Positions 45,001-52,196 of a DNA stretch of 64,000 nt are shown in pieces (position 1 is the stretch's first letter; each line of letters starts with the position of its first letter). This DNA is from an uncultured Clostridia bacterium (GTDB lineage Bacteria > Bacillota > Clostridia > Christensenellales > UBA1242): the NCBI GenBank assembly GCA_905235475.1, contig CAJOLU010000002.1, forward strand, positions 472 to 64,471, read 5' to 3'. Below the pieces are notes generated by a model that saw nothing but the letters and a program-made list of their open reading frames with translations, was not told where the DNA came from and did no database searches. Made by a program: the position numbers and the translations under genes.

Positions 45001-46086
45001 AACTTCATATTGGCTTGCGTTTGGAACAGCATCCCAAACCACAACATTTTCCATTAACGCAACACCAGTTGGAGCACTTAATTGATAAAAAATCTTGCTC
45101 CCACTTTGAACTGGGTCAAAAAATCTTTGTCCATCACCTTTCAAGTTAACAGAAATTTCAAACTCACCCGTTCCAAAGTCTTCGCCAATATTGTCGTGAG
45201 GGATTGTCCAGCAAACATAATTGTTCCCATCAATTATTCTTTGAGACTTTTCAAAAGAACTCAAAGTGTCTGCATCAAGTTCTTCGTTTTGGGTTTTGTT
45301 AAAGATTGAAATGTCATAACTTTCTGGTGTTGCCACATAGTCTTGAGAATAAATTGGAACCAAAATCTCATAATTCTTCACTTCAATTCCACTTGGTTTA
45401 TCTAGTATTGTGAAAACATACCTTTGGGAATAAGCCGAATCTCTAAAAGTTTCTTCATCATCACTTAAAGATTTCACCCAAACAGAATAAGTTCCAGATT
45501 GGTTAAAAGAATTTTCGCCGAAAACATAAGATAGATTCCTTCCAACATCAAATTCTTCCGCCAAATCAATATCTTCAACATCACCAGAAGCAATTGCTAG
45601 CGTGTAGCAAGGATTATAATTGGCAATCTTAATATCACCATCGCTTTCATCAACAAACAAAACCTCATCCCAAACAATAGATTTTTTGTTGTTGTCATAC
45701 CTTAAATTAGATGGAGTATCCAAAGTTATTTTATCTGCCAAAATTTTAACTCTAAAAACTGTTCTAAGTCTAGAGTCATAGTCTGGAGTAACCAAAATTT
45801 GCGCTTCGTGAGCCTTCCCATCAACCACCAAAGCGCTAACCAAACCATTTTCATCAACGGTCACATACTCCCCACCTGAAATAACAGAATAGGTAACCGA
45901 TTTATTGGTTGCCTCTTCTGGAGTGAAGTTGACCTCAAGTTGAACTTGCTCTCCTTGTAAAACAGAATAGAATGCTTTATTGGAAGAAATTCCATTAAGC
46001 GGAACTCCTTGTGAGCACGCCACCAAAATTGGAGCGAACAACAAACAAAGAATTAATCCAAAAACTGTGTGTTTAACTTTTCCCAT
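39058..46086 (-). CDS. Giant (2342 aa) lipoprotein: Big_2 Ig domain, ~17 FN3-like repeats, C-terminal GLUG-like domain
   Basis: Lipobox LVAC. GEQVQL.V.FTPEEATNKSVTYS..VTVDENGLV is Big_2-like. Repeats such as LSAPT..VENGIIKWNAINNATSY. C-terminal FAGGQGTMENPFVI, GNGHTI, GGIVA/GGIAG/GGIVY/GGILG. Confidence 0.85.
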   Translation of the reverse strand: MGKVKHTVFGLILCLLFAPILVACSQGVPLNGISSNKAFYSVLQGEQVQLEVNFTPEEATNKSVTYSVISGGEYVTVDENGLVSALVVDGKAHEAQILVTPDYDSRLRTVFRVKILADKITLDTPSNLRYDNNKKSIVWDEVLFVDESDGDIKIANYNPCYTLAIASGDVEDIDLAEEFDVGRNLSYVFGENSFNQSGTYSVWVKSLSDDEETFRDSAYSQRYVFTILDKPSGIEVKNYEILVPIYSQDYVATPESYDISIFNKTQNEELDADTLSSFEKSQRIIDGNNYVCWTIPHDNIGEDFGTGEFEISVNLKGDGQRFFDPVQSGSKIFYQLSAPTGVALMENVVVWDAVPNASQYEVVVNDGDPIVVNVNRCELNSDDLDLETNNIKVRAKGNGLEKLDGAFSLVDTVKLAKVENLTATLGGGSQTILTWDDVLFAGEYQILLNDEVKTTINQTTFSFDDGIGFVEGDNIISVVAKPKQNLQEGNAMHYIESDKANLNFTKLQNPIVRTGGGELVWNQVAGATGYSLELIYSVQELNSQNGELETKQKHDVIALGAAQTSYSLANTEVVSYPAGDYKVCVRAIGDDLFVRSAKEYTTEDINNMLPFIKQEAPTSLKINGDGYLSWNNSSTFISSECDIVITVHNKANGNNTSGDIQIKVSSNKNGESLTSYLTNSGFGEYVFSVKVINNKSDVRYLNSEESEKIGFYRLNAPTGIRISNGGFAWDTLNTGISEINEQIKNKFRYVLQIGGNIPIYVNQTTIINGIEQYNTTYSLAPSDCYEGRNSVAMRAEILGGEDGNVIEIDGQRIYLLSSGYGSSLTFAKLATPSVPEVYGDFIRGSMVQGSSVYGIALTNSSGSTSYRTTDSELNGYWQVGYADLMAQDAREGKLTVAAMAYGDDEYYVNSNYSRTSLELYRMSAPTLFVDEEQYEVCWNSVSATVNSNITYASRYQLQFKINELDNWGEPIIINGTTWNTSALDYGRYKVRIQALSDRPEVISSAYSNEFSFVKLKEVDYSTLEVKNEYPYNKITWSRIYPGDENKVDYIVRVYQTLSTGGTKLISSTLVEDLGIDINPEFEFGNSHTLERCEISIQAVKAGYVKSNVRTNNFVINRLAKPTNLDVSEQDGEYRLSWIDSAGVGLYSISSNGSSIQNDVVDDYFDLSILNAGSNRLTVRAIIDASNASNLAQSNGALTLSSPESKDYFAVKLAEPVLSVSDGLIRWVDSNNTKFGYELIFYENNLLSSPEIIQLDASQTSYDMSLNSRAGVFTVQMKVLGNGENYIDSSVYTGFENPVTQLSAPTFYVENGIIKWNAINNATSYTAVVYERGNESNKFIQTDIVDCQEQNGVVKYQMPLAPLQGKTGEIRFTLQSMGTNMLSNETEWAYINSQPTAVHNVNKWAIPTGVRIVDGEITWDKISASETTQLGLPTFSYYNVLYGDQEAQSSLNEAYFDLSSRITERQTLDIKVCCVGTPNSNKDGAWINSDYTSAFSVTIAGKPILEIEDGILKWRENQDSFNYNDYEILIDDVTSAQITTNQTLLTLNTFGDLSAYSADNLAQIEAIVAMTNISSIKVRHKGVALSTVSQYGNYVNSQYSNECINVKKLADVSQVKINEDGLFEWKQQNADEELFVMIDGVEFRKITGDGEEEPNYNLTNDTFVGTLNFSKSSFENSNFSVRISYFTQRANDGSYYLNSEEKYMSAYRFSKINQVGISDDGLKLEWNYTQQSQGASNDKFIVSYKFRSPEDNALSMSSITASEPKIFTEDELMLTYNMDGTVNASVPFWNVGTFLVDIQVSSTSANVIPSEIVSSEELKFDKFAGGQGTMENPFVIQSITPTQDGFFSKSISATEQFYNIKKLQTLYFSLDEDVTLYDGDDLYVASGGIDSTRLCSNFMFDDNEFTFFAGGLYGNGHTIHNYQVYEGAINAGLFYAVYGKPVEGAGSANNNFFGRRGIINDVTLEIAEFDYGQLFSDIGFFATYGYGAWFVNCKLEMSDELKNNENHGINFSVTNAASEILYGGIVARLDSSNSYLPLEDGEDVDRKAKIINCVTDVNITLTRGSNLLNSTIRMGGIAGAIYGASVINCKNTGNLGASQIGGIVYSTFAPSLDNENGWVNVISGSTNEGKLTSYATQQVGTVEGTKSQSGGILGFGGARTFVVNCLQAGGLEVVNGIRYANNGGTTKVQAVISGIVGSRSGDIILMNCINVANRVDYNDNYVSTNDSTFYGLSAANSVIADYCYYLSDGTNYVGGLNGSERSFGVSEVDLKAGIGEGAFVSFGTINDVNNTLQYMPTSVYYPNATDPLGTLNTNLLYDSMIKELNLFYFDGTNYPILKTYTVL

Positions 46087-46424
46087 TTCTTATCCCCTAT
46101 TGTTTTTATGTTTTGTATAATTCAAGCATCTATGCAGTCAAAACCAAAGATTGCTACTTGATTTTATATTATATATTATAATATATTCAAGTAACAAAAT
46201 CAAACAGATTAAAGCAAAATTCAACAATAAAGTTAAATTTTTTTAACACCTAAATGCGCTATTTTTGACACTATATTAACAAATTTTGCACATTGTTTTG
46301 AATAAAAAAATATATATTTTGCATTTTTGAACACATTTTTCATAAAAATTTCAATTTTTTAACATAAAATTTTCGCAAAACATAACCCACCATATAATAC
46401 AAACAAATATATCTCGAAAACCAT

Positions 46425-46453
46425 TTGATTTTATGTTTTAATTGTGTTATAAT
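46425..46453 (+). promoter_or_regulatory. Promoter of tRNA-Arg(CCT)
   Basis: TTGATT-17bp-TATAAT with TGn extension. Confidence 0.7.
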
Positions 46454-46469
46454 AGAAATATAAATTTTT

Positions 46470-46544
46470 GTTCCCATAGGTAAAGGGATATACCTTCGAC
46501 CTCCTAAGTCGGGATTGCTGGTTCGAGTCCAGCTGGGAACGCCA
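46470..46544 (+). tRNA. tRNA-Arg (anticodon CCT)
   Basis: Cloverleaf: acceptor GTTCCCA/TGGGAAC, D-loop with A20, anticodon loop CT-CCT-AA, TTCGAGT T-loop, G73, encoded CCA. Confidence 0.95.
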
Positions 46545-46580
46545 TAAAAATCATCACAACATTGTGGTGATTTTTTTATT
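46545..46580 (+). terminator. Terminator after tRNA-Arg(CCT)
   Basis: AAAAATCATCACAA-ca-TTGTGGTGATTTTTTT. Confidence 0.75.
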
Positions 46581-46711
46581 CAACATAACCCCAAACCAAA
46601 ATAATAAATAAGATTCCCAACCATTTCTTAAACTTCACATAAATTATAACAACATTTGTTCCACAAACTTTCTTAAAAAGCCAAAACAATAAACATCAAA
46701 TTTTCATAAAC

Positions 46712-46740
46712 AAAAAAATCAGTGAGAAATTCACTGATTT
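46712..46740 (-). terminator. Terminator after tRNA-Arg(TCG)
   Basis: AAATCAGTGA-gaaat-TCACTGATTT, with an A run that reads as a U tail on the minus strand. Confidence 0.7.
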
Positions 46741-46746
46741 AATTTT

Positions 46747-46823
46747 TGGCACCCCCAGCAAGACTCGAACTCGCAACTTTCTGGTTCGAAGCCAGACACT
46801 CTATCCAGTTGAGTTATGGGGGC
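46747..46823 (-). tRNA. tRNA-Arg (anticodon TCG)
   Basis: Reverse complement GCCCCCATAACTCAACTGGATAGAGTGTCTGGCT-TCG-AACCAGAAAGTTGCGAGTTCGAGTCTTGCTGGGGGTGCCA. Confidence 0.96.
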
Positions 46824-47048
46824 TTGAAGATAAGGTTATAATATCACAAAAAATTAATTTTTGCAACTATATATTGCGTTTGTAAATAAATAATAAAAGA
46901 TAAATTTGCAAAAATTAAATACTAAATTTTGAAAAATAACTCAATTTTTACATATTTTTTACATTTTTTAAGCAAAAATATTGCATTTTGTTGACTTTTT
47001 TTAAAAATTTAGTATATACTACTTATATCAAAAAAGGAGTGCGAAATT

Positions 47049-47591
47049 ATGGAAAATAAGAAAACAAATTCATTCCCTTTTGTTTTCGTCTTTGTTGCAA
47101 CCATATGTTTTATTCTCATCTTGGGTTGGTCTTTTGGTGCCACATCTGGTTACGGACTCATCACAGTTTGGTCAAACTTCTGTTTGTGTATATCTGCCCT
47201 ACTGCAAATAATTTCAATAATTTTGCTAGTGCTATTACTAATCACAAGTCTTTGGGGTTGGGGATATAGCATGGGCAAATGTGCAGAATTAAAAATTGGT
47301 AAATATGGAATGAAAGCAATTTGCGAGTTGTTATACACAATTTTTGTTTGTCTTGCTGTTTTGGTGTTCTTGTTCGCTGCCATAGGTTTTGGAGGGGTGA
47401 CCATTGGTTCAATCCTATATCTAATTGTCAGCATTGGTTCATACATTTTGTATATTGTGTTTAGAAGTCGTGGGCTCATTGACAAAAATGGAATCTTGGA
47501 ACAAGTGGAAAACTTTGGTGATGATAGTGAAACAACAGTTGTGAAAAAAACAAGAAAATCCAAAAAATATAAAGATGAAGATGAAGAATAA
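47049..47591 (+). CDS. Hypothetical integral membrane protein (~4 TM, charged C-terminal tail)
   Basis: AAGGAG RBS, 180 aa, four hydrophobic segments. Confidence 0.75.
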   Translation: MENKKTNSFPFVFVFVATICFILILGWSFGATSGYGLITVWSNFCLCISALLQIISIILLVLLLITSLWGWGYSMGKCAELKIGKYGMKAICELLYTIFVCLAVLVFLFAAIGFGGVTIGSILYLIVSIGSYILYIVFRSRGLIDKNGILEQVENFGDDSETTVVKKTRKSKKYKDEDEE

Positions 47592-47618
47592 TAAAAATGG
47601 CAATAAAGCCATTTTTAT
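47591..47618. terminator. Terminator
   Basis: ATAAAAATGGC-aataaa-GCCATTTTTAT. Confidence 0.7.
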
Positions 47619-47666
47619 TTTTTTAACTTTTTTGTTTCAAAACTGTTATTATTCAACATAAAATAA

Positions 47667-48236
47667 TTATTCATTATTAATCTTTTTTGTTTTCTCTTCC
47701 ATAACACCAACAAAAAAAGTGTTATCTTCCAAGTTTTTTCTAATCGTTGTGCCAGCACCAATAAAGCAGTTATTGCCAATATCAACTGGTGCAACTAAAT
47801 TTGTGTTTGCACCAATAAATGTGTTTTTACCAACATATGTTTTTTGCTTTATTTTCCCATTATAGTTTGCAAACACAGTCCCGCACCCAACATTGGTGTT
47901 TTCACCCACATAAGCATCTCCAATATATGCATGGTGGGCAGCCTTCACGCCACGTTCTAATAGTGAGTTCTTAACCTCAACAAAATCGCCAATCCTACAA
48001 TCCTGTTCAATAAAGGCATTTTGCCTCAAATAAGCAAATGGCCCCACTCTAACATTTTGCCTAACAACACAGTTTTCCAAAACACTATTAATTATCACAG
48101 CCCCATCACACACAATGCTATTTGTGATTTTGGAACCATAGATTTCACACTTCCCAAGAGTTGCATTTTCCACATAGTTGACCCCAACAAGTTTTGCTTC
48201 TTTTGATATTTTGTTATTTCCACTCAAATAATTCAT
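47667..48236 (-). CDS. GlmU C-terminal left-handed beta-helix acetyltransferase domain only
   Basis: VGPFAYLR, IGDFVEVKNS, KAAHHAYIGDA.VG..NVGCGTVFANYNG, FIGANTNLVAPV; no N-terminal uridyltransferase domain. Confidence 0.85.
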   Translation of the reverse strand: MNYLSGNNKISKEAKLVGVNYVENATLGKCEIYGSKITNSIVCDGAVIINSVLENCVVRQNVRVGPFAYLRQNAFIEQDCRIGDFVEVKNSLLERGVKAAHHAYIGDAYVGENTNVGCGTVFANYNGKIKQKTYVGKNTFIGANTNLVAPVDIGNNCFIGAGTTIRKNLEDNTFFVGVMEEKTKKINNE

Positions 48237-48307
48237 ATATTTTTATATGCCAAAATAAAAAAAGTTGTTTAAATTGTTATATTTTTTATTTTGAGTGCAT
48301 TTTTTTA

Positions 48308-48336
48308 TTGATTATTTTATTCCATTCTGGTATAAT
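48308..48336 (+). promoter_or_regulatory. Sigma-A promoter of ABC exporter operon
   Basis: TTGATT-17bp-TATAAT with TGn extension. Confidence 0.65.
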
Positions 48337-48360
48337 GCTTCAAACCATAGAAGCATTTCA

Positions 48361-48473
48361 TTATAATGTTTCACATTATAAAAGTTTTGTTGTAATGTTT
48401 AATGTTATAAAGTATCATTATGTAAGATAGTTTATATCACAAAAAGGTTTTATTATAATGTTTTTCATTATAA
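48361..48473. promoter_or_regulatory. Three palindromic operator-like sites TTATAATG-N5-CATTATAA
   Basis: Perfect copies at 48361-48381 and 48453-48473; degenerate copy at 48390-48410. Confidence 0.7.
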
Positions 48474-48523
48474 AGAATTTCGTTTTCCATTAAAATTAAA
48501 AACTAAAAATTTAAGGGGTTAAA

Positions 48524-50248
48524 ATGTTTAAATTATTAAAATATATGACAGGTAAGGAATGGTTGCAATTTTGTCTTATTATTGTGTTTGTTGCCTGTGA
48601 TGCGTTTTTTACAATACAACTTCCAGAAAGTATGGCACAAGTTATTTTTATGGTTCGAACAAGTGCCCCAATTTCTGAAATTGCAATAGAAGGGCTTATT
48701 ATGCTGGCATATGCGTTTGGCTCACTATTAAGTGTTGTGCTCGCAGGATATTTTTCCGCAAGAGTTAGTGCAAAACTTTGTCAAACAATTAGAGCCAATC
48801 TCTACACCAAAGTTGGAAACCTTTCCATGAACGAAATTAACAAGTTTTCAACAGCCAGTTTAATCACAAGGTCCACAAATGACATCACACAACTTCAACA
48901 AACTTATGCAATATCTTTTAGACTTTTGTTCACAGCACCAATTCTTGCAATTTTTGCAATCATTAAAATTGTTGGCAAGAGTTGGCAACTTTCTTTAACA
49001 ACTGCTGGATTTATCCTACTTCTCACCGCACTATTTATTGGAATTATGTTCTTTGTGTTCCCAAAATTCAAGGTAATGCAAAAACGAGTTGATAATCTCA
49101 ACCTTCAAACAAGAGAAAATCTAACTGGAATAAAAGTTATTCGTGCCTACAACGCACAAGAAAAACAAGCAAAAAAGTTTGAAAAAGCAAATAAAGACTT
49201 TTATGATATTAATATATTTTTAAACAAAACAATGGCAGTTTTGTCACCCTTTATGGGGCTTATTATGAATGGATTATCTCTAACACTCGTTTGGCTTAGC
49301 GCATATTTAATTGGTCAAGGCAGTTTGTTTGTTGAAGACATGATGGAATTTACGCAATATAGCACAATTTTAATGACAAGCATAACAATGCTTTCAATGA
49401 TGTTCTTAATTCTTCCAAGAGCCAATGTTTGTGCAAAAAGAGTTAGGGAAGTTTTGGAATGTGAATCAAGCATTATAGACGGAACAAAAACTGATGTTAA
49501 AGACATTGGAACAATAGAATTTAAAGATGTTAGTTTTGCATATCCAGAAGCAAGTGAAGAAGCATTAACAAACATCAATTTCAAACTAGAAAAAGGCAAA
49601 ACACTTGCAATCATTGGTTCAACTGGAAGTGGAAAATCAACCATCTTAAACCTTATTATGCGTTTTTATGATGCAACTTCTGGCGAGATTTTAATTGATG
49701 GAACAAACATAAAAGACATAAAACTTGAATCGCTTTATAACAAAATTGGCTATGCCCCACAAAAAAGTGCAATCTTTTCTGGAACAGTTAAACAAAACAT
49801 TGGCTATGGTATGGATGAAACAGAACATGAGCAAGATGTTCAAAAAGCTTTGCAAGTTAGCCAATCCAAAGAGTTTGTTGACAAACTTGAAAACGGCATC
49901 GACAGCCAGATTAGTCAAGGCGGAAACAATGTTTCAGGTGGTCAAAAACAAAGAATCACAATCGCAAGAGCACTTGCAAGAAATAATGAATTCTTGCTTT
50001 TAGATGACAGCCTTTCTGCTCTAGACTTTTTAACAGATAAAAAATTAAGAAAAGAGTTAAACAAAGAATATAAAGACACCACTAAAATTATTGTTGCTCA
50101 ACGAGTTGGCTCCATTATGGATGCAGACAATATTATTGTGCTAGACAACGGAAAAATCGTTGGGCAAGGCAAGCATTCTGACCTTTTATCTTCTTGCCAA
50201 ATCTATCGTGAAATTGCCTACTCTCAACTGAATAAGGAGGAATTATAA
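48524..50248 (+). CDS. Heterodimeric ABC exporter, subunit A (TMD-NBD, degenerate site)
   Basis: SLITRSTNDI, GSTGSGKST, VSGGQKQR, LLLDDSLSALD, IVAQR (TM287-like). Confidence 0.95.
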   Translation: MFKLLKYMTGKEWLQFCLIIVFVACDAFFTIQLPESMAQVIFMVRTSAPISEIAIEGLIMLAYAFGSLLSVVLAGYFSARVSAKLCQTIRANLYTKVGNLSMNEINKFSTASLITRSTNDITQLQQTYAISFRLLFTAPILAIFAIIKIVGKSWQLSLTTAGFILLLTALFIGIMFFVFPKFKVMQKRVDNLNLQTRENLTGIKVIRAYNAQEKQAKKFEKANKDFYDINIFLNKTMAVLSPFMGLIMNGLSLTLVWLSAYLIGQGSLFVEDMMEFTQYSTILMTSITMLSMMFLILPRANVCAKRVREVLECESSIIDGTKTDVKDIGTIEFKDVSFAYPEASEEALTNINFKLEKGKTLAIIGSTGSGKSTILNLIMRFYDATSGEILIDGTNIKDIKLESLYNKIGYAPQKSAIFSGTVKQNIGYGMDETEHEQDVQKALQVSQSKEFVDKLENGIDSQISQGGNNVSGGQKQRITIARALARNNEFLLLDDSLSALDFLTDKKLRKELNKEYKDTTKIIVAQRVGSIMDADNIIVLDNGKIVGQGKHSDLLSSCQIYREIAYSQLNKEEL

Positions 50249-50249
50249 T

Positions 50250-52082
50250 ATGAGCGAAAAACAACAAAACAATCCTCCAAGACACGGCAATAGAAACGCT
50301 ATGGGAAGCATGGTGGGAGGAGCAAAAGCAAAAGACTTTAAAAAAGGCTTGAAACGATTTTTAAAATATTTAGCACCTTTCTATGTTGGACTTATTTTTT
50401 CAATTATTTTTGCAATTAGTGGAACAGTTTGTTCAATTTTGGGACCAAAACTTTTGGGAGACATCACTGACGTTGCCTCAACCCCAATGTATGGAATTCC
50501 AATCAATTATTCAAAAGTGACCTATTTGGGAATTTGGTTAGTTTGTCTATACTCATGTGCAGCACTTTTTGAATATTTGCAGAACTATATCACTGGTGTT
50601 ATTTCAGCCAAAATTGGTCGAAAAATGCGAAGTGAAATAAGTCAAAAAATTGATAGATTACCACTTAAATATTACGACAAAAAAAGTTATGGCGACACAC
50701 TATCTAGAATCACCAACGATGTTGACACAATTGTTCAAAGCGTGAACCAAAGTTTGGGGCAAATTATTTCAGCCCTCACAACAGTTGTGGGAATTATTAT
50801 AATTATGTTCGTCATTAGCTGGCAACTTGCACTTGTTTCTCTAATTTGTGTTCCCCTTGGCTTTTTATTTGTGTTCTTTATTGTTAAAAAATCACAAAAA
50901 TACTATAAAATTCAACAAAAAACTTTGGGAGAACTTGATGGCCACATTGAAGAAGTTTATTCTAACCTCAACATTGTGAAAGCCTACAACGGAACTCAAA
51001 AAGAATCACAAAAGTTTGAAAGTTTAAACAACACACTATATAAATCTGGTTACAAAAACCAATTTTTTGGAAGCATTATGATGCCACTTATGCAATTCAC
51101 TGGAAACTTTGGCTTTATTGCTGTTACAATTGTTGGTGGAATTTTGGCAGTTAATGGTGCTGTTTCTATTGGTGCAATTATGTCATTTATTTTATATGTT
51201 AGAATTTTCTCAAGGCCACTTCAATCAATTGCATCAATTGCCAGCGTTTTACAATCAACGGTTGCCGCCTCTGAAAGAGTTTTTGAATTTTTGGATGAAG
51301 AAGAAATTCCAAAAGAAAAAGAATGCCTAAAAGTTCTTTCAAATCCAGAAGGAAACATTTCATTTAAGAACGTTAAATTTGGTTATGATGAAAATAAAAC
51401 GGTTATTAAAGACTTTTGTTTAGAGGTTAAAGCAGGACAAAAAGTTGCAATTGTTGGGCACACCGGGGCTGGAAAAACCACTATTGTAAACCTCCTTGAA
51501 AGATTTTATGAACTAGATGATGGAGATATTTTGATTGATGGAGTTTCCATTAAAGAAATGTCACGAAAAGATGTAAGAACACTTTTTGGAATGGTTTTGC
51601 AAGACACTTGGCTTTTTGAGGGAACAATTAATGAAAATCTTCGTTTTGGAAATGATAATGCGAGCGATGAAGAAATCATTCAAGCCACAAAAGATGCTGG
51701 AATATACGACTTTATTGAAAAACTTCCAAACAAATTTGAAAGCACAATATCAGAAAACACAAACATCAGCCAAGGGCAAAAACAACTTCTAACCATCTCT
51801 AGAGCAATGATACAAAATGCGCCAATGATGATTTTAGATGAAGCAACAAGTTCAGTTGACACAAGAACAGAAACCCTCATTCAACAAGCCATGGACAAAT
51901 TAAGCAAAAACAAAACAAGTTTTGTGATTGCTCATAGGCTTTCAACAATCAAAAATGCAGATATTATTTTGGTTATGGAAAACGGAGATGTTGTTGAAAA
52001 AGGAAATCATCAAACTCTTCTAGATCAAAAAGGAAAATATTATCAACTCTACAACAGTCAATTTACTGATGAGTTAGAGTAA
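50250..52082 (+). CDS. Heterodimeric ABC exporter, subunit B (TMD-NBD)
   Basis: GHTGAGKTT, ISQGQKQLL, ILDEATSSVDTRTE, IAHRLSTI (TM288-like). Confidence 0.95.
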   Translation: MSEKQQNNPPRHGNRNAMGSMVGGAKAKDFKKGLKRFLKYLAPFYVGLIFSIIFAISGTVCSILGPKLLGDITDVASTPMYGIPINYSKVTYLGIWLVCLYSCAALFEYLQNYITGVISAKIGRKMRSEISQKIDRLPLKYYDKKSYGDTLSRITNDVDTIVQSVNQSLGQIISALTTVVGIIIIMFVISWQLALVSLICVPLGFLFVFFIVKKSQKYYKIQQKTLGELDGHIEEVYSNLNIVKAYNGTQKESQKFESLNNTLYKSGYKNQFFGSIMMPLMQFTGNFGFIAVTIVGGILAVNGAVSIGAIMSFILYVRIFSRPLQSIASIASVLQSTVAASERVFEFLDEEEIPKEKECLKVLSNPEGNISFKNVKFGYDENKTVIKDFCLEVKAGQKVAIVGHTGAGKTTIVNLLERFYELDDGDILIDGVSIKEMSRKDVRTLFGMVLQDTWLFEGTINENLRFGNDNASDEEIIQATKDAGIYDFIEKLPNKFESTISENTNISQGQKQLLTISRAMIQNAPMMILDEATSSVDTRTETLIQQAMDKLSKNKTSFVIAHRLSTIKNADIILVMENGDVVEKGNHQTLLDQKGKYYQLYNSQFTDELE

Positions 52083-52083
52083 C

Positions 52084-52112
52084 AAAAATGCCACTAAATA
52101 AGTGGCATTTTT
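52084..52112 (+). terminator. Terminator
   Basis: AAAAATGCCACT-aaata-AGTGGCATTTTT. Confidence 0.8.
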
Positions 52113-52133
52113 CTTATTTTAAATATTTATTTA

Positions 52134-52162
52134 TTGACTTTTCATTTATGAAATGTTAAACT
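52134..52162 (+). promoter_or_regulatory. Sigma-A promoter of valS
   Basis: TTGACT-17bp-TAAACT with TGn extension. Confidence 0.65.
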
Positions 52163-52196
52163 TGAATAAATAAACTAACAAAAAGGACAAAACAAA

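Noticed and set aside
22511-46086. Prophage tail genes, polymorphic toxin (Rhs/CDI) or DGR target
   Set aside because: Both proteins have membrane anchors. No phage genes, YD/Rhs core, immunity-like small ORF, reverse transcriptase or template/variable repeat pair was seen by eye.
46581-46711. ncRNA or integration scar between the tRNAs
   Set aside because: C/A-rich low-complexity spacer with no stable structure, ORF or tRNA-end duplication that I could see.
46470-46823. Arg codon reassignment (e.g. AGG to Met) suggested by the tRNAs
   Set aside because: Both tRNAs keep A20/G73, and AGG and CGA encode invariant Arg in SigA (NLRLVV, TIRLP, PRTLEE). CGG could not be tested.
48237-48275. Sporulation sigma promoter for the truncated glmU (GCATATAAA)
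   Set aside because: It misses the conserved final T of CATAnnnT and has no convincing -35; too weak in AT-rich DNA.
49620-50110. Degenerate Walker B and H-switch (DDSLS, AQR) in ABC subunit A as a novelty
   Set aside because: This is the standard degenerate site of TM287/288-type heterodimeric exporters.
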